Positions 40,156 through 51,231 of a stretch of DNA of 64,000 nt are shown here, one piece after another. The notes under the pieces were generated by a model, which had not been told where the DNA came from, did no database searches, and was given only the letters and a program-made list of their open reading frames with translations. Both the position numbers and the translations under genes were made by a program. Within the stretch, counting starts at the first letter, position 1, and every line of letters starts with the position of its first letter. Source of the stretch: Octopus bimaculoides (taxonomy: Eukaryota); NCBI RefSeq assembly GCF_001194135.2, contig NC_068986.1, positions 29,791,758 to 29,855,757 on the forward strand. Reading direction: 5' to 3'.

Positions 40156-41981
40156 TCACATTTTTTTTTTGTTCTTGTTTTGTTTTGTTTTTTTTTTCTC
40201 TTGTTTTTTATTTCTTTGTATTCATTTGTTTAATTTACAGATAGGAGAAAGACTTAACTAATCTCTCACTCGTGTGTCTATACATATTTCATTAGCTGCC
40301 AGTTTTATCATCATAGAAATGGATATTCAGATCTAAGCTGCTGTTTCTGTCAGTGACACACCACTTGTGTTGCTGCAATGGCATGTTGCTGTAAGCTGAG
40401 GTCCTTGACTCTGTGCCGGGTGGGCCATTGGATATTGGGGTAATATGTAGTCAGTTAAGAATACAGGGACATCTTGTAGCTAGCTATAAGCATCAGGTGC
40501 TAAAGTATACTGTTAGGAAAGTTTTATTGTTGTATATCCCCAGATCAGTATAGAAAAAGCAGATGTTCATCAGATATTCTTGTTTTGGCCATCTTATATT
40601 TTGTTTTTTAGGTATCCGTTTGTAAGATGTTAGGTATTCTCATTATTATAATTTTCTGAAACACACACCCATATATATACATGATTCATTATCATCATTG
40701 ATTTTTTTTTTTTTTGGCATCTGTTTTTTTCTGATGCCAATCCTTACAGCTGGGCATTTTTGTTAATAGTTGACATAAATGCCACTGTTAGCCACTAGTA
40801 AAGTGATGCTGATGCAAAGTCATGAAGAGACAAATGTGCATGCACACAAACACACACACGCATGCAGGCTTAGAAGACTTAGAACTAGTCTCCATACAGT
40901 TTCTGTCTGCCTAATATTTTCCACAGAACATTGGTCAGTCCACAGATATATAGAAGATGCAAACACTTGCCTACATGCTATGGAGTGTGATTGAATCTAA
41001 AAACCACATAGTTGGAAAGTGAAATTGTTAACCTCACAGTCATGCCTGCACTGTTTCTCTATTTTAATTTACCTTACTGTTAACTTGATCCAAAGACCTA
41101 TCACAGATCCACAGAAGCTTTCTGTGGTAGTGTTAGAAGAATAAATTTATTTGTATATGCCTTTTGCTATTATTGATCATCTTTCGAAGGAAACAACTGA
41201 TAATGATTTCAACATTATTATCTTAAGAGGAAATATGGCATGAAACAAAGATTTGTCTTGCAGCATTTGTTGACCTACAGAAGATATTTGGACAGGGTGG
41301 CACGTACTTAAGTGTCATGATCAGCAGAGTGAAGGTCAAGTATCCATGAGTGGCTTGGCTACGAGAAATAGAAAAATAGGGGGTTGTGTGTCTAAATGTG
41401 AGGATTAGTGGTGTATATTCAATGGCCAGGTTAAACTTCAGATAGATGATCACATTAACACCTCCATTCCTAGTCAAAAAGGCTATTTACATTCCAATAT
41501 TAGGATTAAAAGCATTCCTCTCAGTTCAACTACTGAAGATCATTGGTAGTGTAAGATCTCTTATGAAATACTTGTCTTTCTTAGCTCAATGATTAATGAA
41601 CTGAACATGAGCTACAAAGGAAAATTGTTAATTTTGGTACCCTGTTTCTTACTAGTGTGAACATTCTTATAGTGATTCGGCATTATTAGAGGAATTTTAG
41701 AATCTTCTTAATGGTCAAAGCACAGAAATTTGCATGGTAATTTTTATCTGTTAAAATATTAACACTCAAGTCTCTCCTTATTTTCTTGTATTGGATATTG
41801 GATAATGTTCAAGATACACTCTTCAGGTAAAGATGGGATGGGCATTATTGGAAACATCTTACATCACATACCTACTTCATAAGGGCACACCTGGGGTCAA
41901 CAGTATTTAAATAAGTCTTCTGGTCAATATTGAAATGTCCAATTGCTTGGTTGCAGGAAGGGGTTGTGTGTGTGTATAAGA

Positions 41982-42029
<48 letters not shown>

Positions 42030-45000
42030 CACACACATAATAGTTGACCTTCTCAGGTTGGTAACCTAGCTTGCTGGTAAACCAACACTTATGAGGATAT
42101 CAATAAATTCTCAAAGAGTTAATGTCTATTCCTTTTGTGTGGAGTGATCCAATAAGCTAAATAGACAGAATTTCTAGATTTCCTATTTTCATTTCAGATA
42201 ATTTAAACTAAATTCATCAAACACGCACACAAGTATGCACATCTCCGCTCACTCTTTCTCTTTTTGTCTTTCCCTTGTTTTCCAGNNNNNNNNNNNNNNN
42301 NNNNNNNNNNNNNNNNNNNNNNNNNNNNNNNNNNNNNNNNNNNNNNNNNNNNNNNNNNNNNNNNNNNNNNNNNNNNNNNNTCCCTCCCTCCCACTTTCAT
42401 GTAAGACATTCTTCAACAAAATTCCTTACGTTATCTCTACTTACAGCATTGATTGTTTTTAAAATCTCAACAAGTCTGTAATGAACTCAATTTTATACTT
42501 GTGTTATTATGACATTTACTACTGGAATCTCAAACTTAAATTAATTAAATGAAGGCCAAAGATACATAAAAGGTCCTTGATTTTTAAGCACTGGAATAAT
42601 TGCTTTCCACAGATATTCATCTCCAGCTGCTCCCATACTCCCCACCGACTGCTAACAACTGTAGACTATAATCAGTGGCTGTCCTCAAATTTTCTTTTCT
42701 TTTATTTTCTTTTTAAAGGTTGAAATCAATTATCAGAACTGATTCTATTTCTTTTATGTTTATTCCTATTATACGCTTGCATTCCCGCATGCATTTCACA
42801 TTCTACTCTCAAACCACTCATCTTTTTTTAAAACAAACAAAGAAATTTTCAACAGTTTATATTTTCTGTTTTTAAAAAAAATTTTTTGGTTTTTCTACAT
42901 TTCTTTTTTGGTTTTTGTTTTTTGTTCTTTCCGCTTGTTTTTTGAAAAATATTGTTTATTTAATTATGGAGAAAATATTTCTGTTTTTATTATTGATTCT
43001 TTAACTCTTTACTTTAAACTTCGTGTTAGTGGTGGCAAAACACCTCATATTTCACTTTTCCTCCTTTGGAACTTTGGTGGCTGCTATTGCAATCTGATTG
43101 ATTTTTTAAACTTCAAACTCAGGAGCTGATTAAAAAAAGATATTAAACATGTAATGTAGTCAATTCACTCCACTTTTCCTATGCCCCTCCTACAGGTTGT
43201 ATTTTATTGCTGTTTAAACTCTTGACTATCCTTGATTCAGTTGACATAGGAACATCCCCATCTATTTTTTCAGACAGTGTATCTTCAACTACATTAAAAT
43301 GGTAGGGTGTAGCTGGAAGGAAATTCTGGCTGCTATTTCTTGCAGGTTGAGGAACCATGTAGATGCTCCTTTGTTTACTGCCCCATAAAAAGACCAGTAA
43401 CCTTGTATCAGTACGAGATATCCTTATTTAGATTCATGTTTCTTCTTTTTCTCCCTAGTGTTGCTTTCCCGCATCATCCTTGTTGATGTTACATCAACAT
43501 AAGTTTTGCTCTGTAGTTTAAAAAACGAGTTTGGCATGGCAGAAACATGCCCTCTTCCAGGTTTCCTTCTTACACAACATGAAACCTTTAGTTTAATTGC
43601 CACACCTACTAATATTCTCGTATTACCTTTCCTGTAATTTCTCCATGAACTGGTGCTAATCTTGCTTGTAATAACTACAATCCTACTACTGTGTTCGCTC
43701 AAACAGTCTATGACTGCAAATGGCTATTGTTATCTTCTGCCACACAATCCAGTCGACAGAAATTTATTAATAACACCACTTGTCTGCATTACTGTATTGA
43801 ATCTATCTCTGACCATATTGTTCTGACATTTTATACTGTGCTTGTTCTTAGTTACAGCTTTAGTCCACCTCCTCTTCTATTTCCTTTTCCCCCTCTCTCC
43901 TCTGTCTCCTTTGGTAAAGTCTGTTGCACTGAGAAGTTCTGACATGCTTGATAACCATCACTTGAACTGTCAATAACAACTATTGATAGAGCTTGATAGT
44001 TCACTTGAAACTTGTCCAACCATTAACAGTGATTAGTTTGTCCTTACCAATCATTTTAGTGGAATTCTAAATTCCTGTAAAATCTCATTTACTAGTCAGT
44101 ACTCCATCTTCTCAAATTTATTCATAATTCCAAACTACATGTTTAATCCCATCCTTTTCTCCTTTATACAGTAAGCTGCATGATTAAATTGCCACATTAC
44201 AAACCACTTATAAACTATAAGCCCAAAATTTTGTCTGTAAATGTAAACGCTTCCTATTCTCAAGGGACTTTGCTTGTTTCTAGTTCTATAGTGTTGGGGC
44301 AGATATGATAAATATCTCATCCTTAGGAAGCTGGCTTGTCTCGGATAACATTTTTTGATAGTGTGCCTGTTCCTAACAGTCAGGTAAATTAGGACAATGT
44401 AAAGTGATTTTTTTTCTTCCACTTATAAAATAATTATATTTTTGTGGTGAATTGGAACTCTCCACATATGAGTAATGAATCCCTATACATTATTCATTGT
44501 TGTTTTACCCCTGTTATGTCTTTACCCCTCCTGCATTATTTCATGTGTACGATTTTCTCCACTCACCTATCTATCAGCTATTTTCACTTAATAGTTTGTT
44601 GTAAGAAGAGTACAAAGCAAAAGAAAAACTACTTCCACAAAGTCATGCAAGTTACCTATAAAAATGAGTGGAAAATGAATTCAGAAAGCAATTTGTATAT
44701 AACATCTACATGGAACTTAAATATATTTTGGTGGGGCAGTGGTCATGGTATATGCAGGGAAACCCACCCCATCACCATCACCTATTTTGGTGAAATTGAT
44801 GTTCAATTTTGAATAGCTTCAAGGGACAGATGCGCATGAAGGGATTCCAGTGAGTTGCAACACAGTGTTTGGTGCAGAGTTTGGAAAGTGATACTATAAA
44901 GATGATTAGCAGGAAAACAACTTGGGGCTCTGAAAATTATTTTGTAACATGCCATGTTCAATGAGCAGATGTCATGGCAGTGTCAGTAGAAGTCTGAAGA

Positions 45001-45355
45001 GTTTTAAAGGGTTCCAGAGAAAATTTCCCTATTTTGCCTGTGAAATTTGCATAAACTCTGGGTGTTGTGAATTAGTATTCAAGCACATGTTGCATTTGAT
45101 AGTGGTAGTTGTGTGTGGTTTAGTCAGATCTGCTTTCTGCCACTTCTGGCATAGAATCACTGATGGATTGATCATCTGGAGTAACCTGTAGAAATCCAAC
45201 CCTTGTGAAAAGGTTTTGTTGTTTACTAAATTTTTAATTGAAATGTAAAAATGTTTTGAAAATAGTGAAAGCTTGCAAAGGCACCATCTAAAGTATGTTT
45301 GTTTGTCTTTTAAATTCTATCTTGTTTCACATTTGAATTTTTCTGGGCGATCATG

Positions 45356-45584
45356 TTGCCTTTAGCACTTAAACTGGCCATATATAACAGCCCAAATATT
45401 CTGTCTATTCTATGTTCAAACCAGCAACGTCCAGCCTCTCACACCTACTTTACAATGCCATTCAAAAAAATGCTATCACATCATTGAAATCTCAAAACTA
45501 TGAGATAATACATGATGAAGTTAAAACAATGTGAATAAATAAGCATTACAATTGACAAGAATAATCTGAATGCTAAAGGGTTAA
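45356..45584 (-). mobile_element. piggyBac-like MITE, family E (~230 bp)
   Basis: Ends CCTTTAGCACTTAAAC... and ...CTGAATGCTAAAGGG-TTAA, giving a short TIR (CCCTTTAGCATT) abutting TTAA. No ORF. Confidence 0.72.
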
Positions 45585-46739
45585 ACACTGTCTGATATCA
45601 ACCAAATACAAATATATTAAGCCCTGGCCTGAGTTGAACTTTTATAATTTTTTTTTGTAGCCTTGTGAACATTCTATATTTTGTACAATGTTATATATTA
45701 CTAACATTTTATTGTTAGTATTGCGTACAATAAAATATTCACAAATACAATTTCTTCTCAATGTAGTTATACGAAACCAGTTCAAACTTTTGGAAACTGA
45801 CTGGGTTGTTGGTAGGAGTAGGAGGGTAGTTCACAATTTTTTTCCTTTTTCTTTCTTTCCAACCTGTCCAGAAGGATAAAAATGTACTATTATCCTAAGT
45901 TGAATACCTAGACTGCTGGAAGGAAGTGTAGTCGACAGCAAAAACATTCGAGCCTCAGATAAAATACCTTGAAGTATTTGTTCCAGTTTTTTTGTTTGTT
46001 TTTTACATTCTAGATTTAAAACTTCATTTGAGGACATCTTTTTGGGATCAATAAAAACAAGTACCACTATCAATTAAGTACTGGTGGAGGGGGTGTAGTT
46101 TGATTACCAAACAAGGACTGAAACCCCCAAGGTAGCCTGTTTTAGCCCTCAGTTTCATACTGACAGCTTCCTATAAACAGCATTGATGACAAGGAGAGAA
46201 ATATCTGCTCTACTTTTTGGGAAAGTGGTGGCCTTCCATACAACCTTACCTGGACATATGCATCATGGAAGACACTCCAGTATTGTGCGCCATCTACATA
46301 ACCTAACCTGAAAACAGGTCACAGATCATTGATCTCACAAGATATGCCAAAAATTTTAGATGAGTGTAAATACAATTTTGTTTCATTCTTCCTGACTATC
46401 ATTTCATATCTTAATTAGATAGTCAAGTGATGATGGTATTATGTCGAAGTACTTTTTCTTGGAATGAGCACCCCCCCCCCCCCAAATCTTCTACATTCTT
46501 TCTTTGTCAACCTATTCACCAAACAGTTCCTTGGAGTCACTTTCTGACTTCTGGAATTGAACTAATATTTTATATCTTCTATTGTTGATTTTATATTAAT
46601 CTTGCTGTTATTATACATGTATGAATGTATGTGTGTGATTATTTTTTCCATTCCATTTTGCTAATCTGATCTTTTAAATTCAGTTTAACATGTTCCTTAC
46701 AATTTCATTTTTTTTTCTTTTATTTTGTTTGTTTTACAG

Positions 46740-46802
46740 ACAGAGATTGCAAAGCGGTTGAATGCAATCTGTGCCCAAGTTATTCCATTCTTGTCACAGG
46801 AG
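46740..46802 (+). CDS. gro/TLE: Groucho/TLE Q-domain exon (63 nt, TEIAKRLNAICAQVIPFLSQE)
   Basis: TTTTACAG acceptor and GAG|GTAAGA donor. The peptide directly continues the previous exon in the known TLE Q domain. Phase 0/0. Confidence 0.97.
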
Positions 46803-47549
46803 GTAAGAATATAATGCAATGCTTCAGTTTTAGTGATGTTCATCTGAAGAAAACAGCTCATTCATTTCGTTCTCACTCACCTTGTAAATTTTGGCTTTTT
46901 TTTTTTTTTTTACAAAAAAAGAAATTTGTCTATATTCATTTTCAATTTTCATTGATCTGCAATTGTATATTGTCTTGTTGAACCACATACCCACCCACCC
47001 CTCTCTCTTACACAGACTCACAATATATATAGTGGAGTAAAGACAGCCATAAAAATGGTAAACAAAACAGTTTCAACATAACTTTCTGCTCTTCAATGTT
47101 TAAAAGAAGGCATGTATATATATATATATTATTTGTTTCAGTCATTAGANNNNNNNNNNNNNNNNNNNNNNNNNNNNNNNNNNNNNNNNNNNNNNNNNNN
47201 NNNNNNNNNNNNNNNNNNNNNNNNNNNNNNNNNNNNNNNNNNNNNNNNNNNNNNNNNNNNNNNNNNNNNNNNNNNNNNNNNNNNNNNNNNNNNNNNNNNN
47301 NNNNNNNNNNNNNNNNNNNNNNNNNNNNNNNNNNNNNNNNNNNNNNNNNNNNNNNNNNNNNNNNNNNNNNNNNNNNNNNNNNNNNNNNNNNNNNNNNNNN
47401 NNNNNNNNNNNNNNNNNNNNNNNNNNNNNNNNNNNNNNNNNNNNNNNNNNNNNNNNNNNNNNNNNNNNNNNNNNNNNNNNNNNNNNNNNNNNNNNNNNNN
47501 NNNNNNNNNNNNNNNNNNNNNNNNNNNNNNNNNNNNNNNNNNNNNNNNN

Positions 47550-47587
<38 letters not shown>

Positions 47588-47589
47588 GG

Positions 47590-47720
47590 TATCCAAATCA
47601 TGTGCTTTTGGGTTGTGTCCTACTGCGAAACACTTTGGGCAAGTTTCTTCTTCTATACCTGGGATTGACCAAAGCCTTGCGAGTGGAGGTGGTAGATGAA
47701 AACTGAAAGAAGCCTGTTGT
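47590..47720 (+). mobile_element. Family B SINE fragment
   Basis: CACTTTGGGCAAGTTTCTTC...CAAAGCCTTGCGAGTGG...AACTGAAAGAAGCCTG. Confidence 0.75.
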
Positions 47721-48363
47721 GTACATATCACTGTCTTACAATGTTGGTCGTTTCCAATTATTCATGAAAACATATCCGATCTTTTGGGTAAATATTACCT
47801 TGTTTGGAAACTGCTGAGGGCTGGCAACCGCAAGGGGATCCAGCCACAGAAAATACGGCTCAGTGAATTGTCTGACCCATGCAAGCATGAAAAAGTGGAC
47901 GTTACTCTACATAGATCAAATTTGTACGTTTAGTTATGTTTACTATAAAGAATTTAGTTTCCTTTTTCTCCGTAGGATTAAGAAAATAGTGCAAAAGGCA
48001 AAAAGAAAAAATCTCTTTTAACTTCGTCAGATCCTTTAAGTTTATAAAAGTCCGCCCTTCTATGCACGCGTATATTTACTCTCACCACGCACACCTATAA
48101 AACTTAAATACTAGATCTAATAAATATTACTGTAGGTTGAAGTTCTGAAAGCTCTTATACATGTTCAAGCTGAAATAACATTAAAATTTTGCGACGATGC
48201 AAATTTCCTCTTGGAAAAGTAATATATGTTAGAATTAAACATGATTTTTTAAATTAAATTTTTTTTTCTTTTGTACGCATGTTGCTAAATAATTTCTGCT
48301 TATTTGATATATAATCCATCCTGTACCATGTGTGCAGGTTCCACTGCTAATACTGTTAAGCAG

Positions 48364-48731
48364 GTGGAGGCGCAATGCCCCAGTGATTAGGGCAGCGGAC
48401 TCGCGGTTTCGATTCCTAGACCGGGCGTTGTGAGTGTTTATTGAGCGAAAACACCTAAAGCTCCACGCGGCTCCGACAGGGGATGGTGGCGAACCCTGCT
48501 GTACTCTTTCACCGCAACTTTCTCTCACTCTTACTTCCTGTTTCTGTCGTGCCTGTAATTCAAAGGGTCAGCCTTGTCTCACTGTCTCAAGCTGAATATC
48601 CCCGAGAACTACGTTAAGGGTACACGTGTCTGTGGAGTGCTCAGCCACTTACACGTTAATTTCATGAGCAGGCTGTTCCGTTGATCAGATCAACTGGAAC
48701 CCTCGACGTCATAAGCGACGGAGTGCCAACA
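48364..48731 (+). mobile_element. tRNA-derived SINE, family C (full length, young)
   Basis: tRNA-like head with A-box (TGCCCCAGTGATTAGG) and B-box-like GTTTCGATTCC, ending GACGGAGTGCCAACA. 12-bp TSD ACTGTTAAGCAG (48352-48363) and ACTGCTAAGCAG (48737-48748). Near-identical copies at 26088 and 55159. Confidence 0.92.
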
Positions 48732-50222
48732 TATACACTGCTAAGCAGTATTAGCAGTTCCGGTGATGAAGAAGTCGCTAATTGCAGCAGCTGACATTCA
48801 AAAATATACTCTGCACTACATAGTTCTCTCCCTTGCTCGTCAACCAAAAAGCTTTCTCTTTCTTTCTGGGAACAATTAATAAACGCGATCCACTTGAACG
48901 TTTACAAAACATTGTTTTCCTAGAACCACTATTGATAATTTTGATAGTTAATTGAGTCATTTGATGCTTAAGAAAAAACAATAGCCGTATTTGTAGTATT
49001 ATATAATTTTTCGTTTTGAGTGGAACAACGACTTTATTATACATGTCCCGACTCCCTTTTCCAAATAAATGTTGTATTATAACCGTTAATTAATTTATTT
49101 ATATTTACTTTTCAAACACGCTCTATATTAAAGCATTAGTAAATTATATTTTACTTTTCTGTTTCGTTCTTTTTTGTTTTTATTTCTTCCAACATTACTG
49201 AACATACAATAATAATTTACAAGTTGTGCTTCAAGTCTTTTATAACGTCTCATTTAAAAAAGAAAAGTGTAAATTAAAATTTACTTATGTTTATTTTCTG
49301 AAATAAGTTCTGAGCAAAAATTATAAACAAAAAAAGAAAAAAAAATCTTTTTTATTGCTTTCGAACAAATTTTCCTTTTCACCTTGTAAATTCCTCCGAG
49401 TTGTTTTGTTGCTTTTTTTGTTGTTTAAAAAACTTGTGTATTTTTTTCTTTTTACTTTTTCTTTTTTCACCCGAGATTGTCTGTAGTAAATTTATTTTAT
49501 TACCTGTCTTGTGAATTGTGTGTGTGATGGGGCTGGGGATAAAGGCCAGGCCAAATGTAATTTTAAAACAAAAATTATCGTTGAACAAAAGAAGGGGTTT
49601 AAAATGACGCAAGTTAATTTCGAATTTAAAACTAAAAACTAATTGGGAGGTGTAATGTAATGTTGCAAGCTTAAATCTTTAAAGAAAGGTTTAATTATTA
49701 ACTCTTTTATTGCAGTTATCTTTAAAACATTTAAAGCTGAAATAACTTAAATTTTGGGGAATATATTAAATTATTCTAGGTTACTATAATTCCTACTTTA
49801 GCATGTAATGTTTTAAGCTTGCTTTTAAATTAATGAGGCATCTGTTTTTTCTTTTTTATTTCTTTTTTGTATTAATATTTTCACTAGCACTTAAAAATGG
49901 GTATTTATTTCATTTACTATATTCTCATCGCCATCAAATTCTGAAAGCTTCCATTTAAACTAAGTTTCATCATCGTTACTGGGCCAAATCAACATTTAAA
50001 AACTTGCATTCGATATCAATTCCTCTTCACTGTATATATTTATATAGATAGATCTAATCCATCGCTATTTTGACCACGACGATGATGGCTTCCATCCAGA
50101 GACAAGGGTATTCAATGAGTTGACAATCTCTTTTCCTCTCGTCTCTTTCTTGGCTTCTAAAGTTGTAATCACCACACAAACTACCAGTTTTGTTATTGTT
50201 CTGTTTCCTCTTTGTTTTGCAG

Positions 50223-50297
50223 CATCAGCAACAGGTTGCAGCTGCTGTAGAACGAGCCAAACAGGTGACCATGGCTGAACTGAATGCAATTATAGGG
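50223..50297 (+). CDS. gro/TLE: Groucho/TLE Q-domain exon (75 nt, [25 protein letters not shown])
   Basis: TTTTGCAG acceptor and GGG|GTATGT donor. Hallmark [16 protein letters not shown] motif; lies within ORF 50190..50393. Confidence 0.98.
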
Positions 50298-51053
50298 GTA
50301 TGTTTCAGTGAAGCTGCCAAGCACTTTGCCCTCCCATTCCTTCGTGTTATTTTTCCCCGATTTAACTTTTTTTTTCTTTCCAATTTGTTATAAATTTTCA
50401 TTACCAAACTGCGACTAATTTTCGAAGATTGATTATAAAATAGATTCAAAGTAATCATGTGTTTAATCATTTCTTCTGCTGCCAAACAACAGTGATCTCC
50501 CCTGAGAATGTCCATCAGACTTCGCCTCTTTTAACGTCCAAATCGAAGAAACTTATAATCTCATTCCTTAAATACCACAAAATTATAAATGTACAGGAAA
50601 GTAAGGCAGTTTAAAAACATTAGCAGTTAAGTTTTCATATAATTCCAAAAACACTGAAAAATCCAAGAAAAACAAAAGCCTTTTAAATATATATATTTTT
50701 GTCTTTGTAGCTTTTGTAAATTTTACACATTCCTCATTTTTTGTGCTGAAATGAATGGACAGATTGTAAAAACTATCACTAAACTCTTGTTTAATCCAAA
50801 CATGTAGTATAGACACACATATACATGTTTTTACTCTTGGACGTTGCATGTCACATGATTTTATACTTTTTGTTGAATTAGTTTGCCTTGTGTTTTTTGT
50901 TTCCTTTTTGTGTTATTTTATCCACACCCCCCTATTTTTTTTATTATTATTATTAGCAATCATTATTATAATTAGCACATAATCTTGTAATAAGCTTTTT
51001 TTTGTTGTTCTTCTTCTGTTCTTACATTTGGACATTTGTATATTGGTTTTCAG

Positions 51054-51231
51054 CAACAAGTTCAGGCACAACATCTCCCCCATGCTCACCCACCAGCCAT
51101 TCCAATACCACCTCATCCTGCTAGTTTACAACCCCCTGGAATCCCAGTATCAAGTGGATCAGGACTGTTGGCACTTTCAGGCACATTTCCTGGCAACCCA
51201 CATTTAAGTGGATCTTTAAAAGAAGAGAAGG
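51054..51231 (+). CDS. gro/TLE: Groucho/TLE GP-domain exon (178 nt, [59 protein letters not shown] + 1 nt)
   Basis: TTTTCAG acceptor and AAG G|GTGAGT donor (phase 1). Gly/Pro-rich peptide with QAQHL, LQPPGIP and SGLLAL motifs typical of TLE; lies within ORF 51036..51317. Confidence 0.95.

Larger units (their letters stand above)
47920..50560. promoter_or_regulatory. CpG-retaining intronic island (candidate unmethylated regulatory region)
   Basis: By-eye count of about 35 CpG in 48750-50550 (outside the SINE) versus about 8 in 44100-45900, despite AT-rich composition. Confidence 0.45.

Noticed and set aside
48364-48440. tRNA genes at the SINE heads (also 5354, 6321, 14005, 54843, 55538)
   Set aside because: They lack a complete cloverleaf with acceptor stem and continue into repeated SINE bodies with TSDs.
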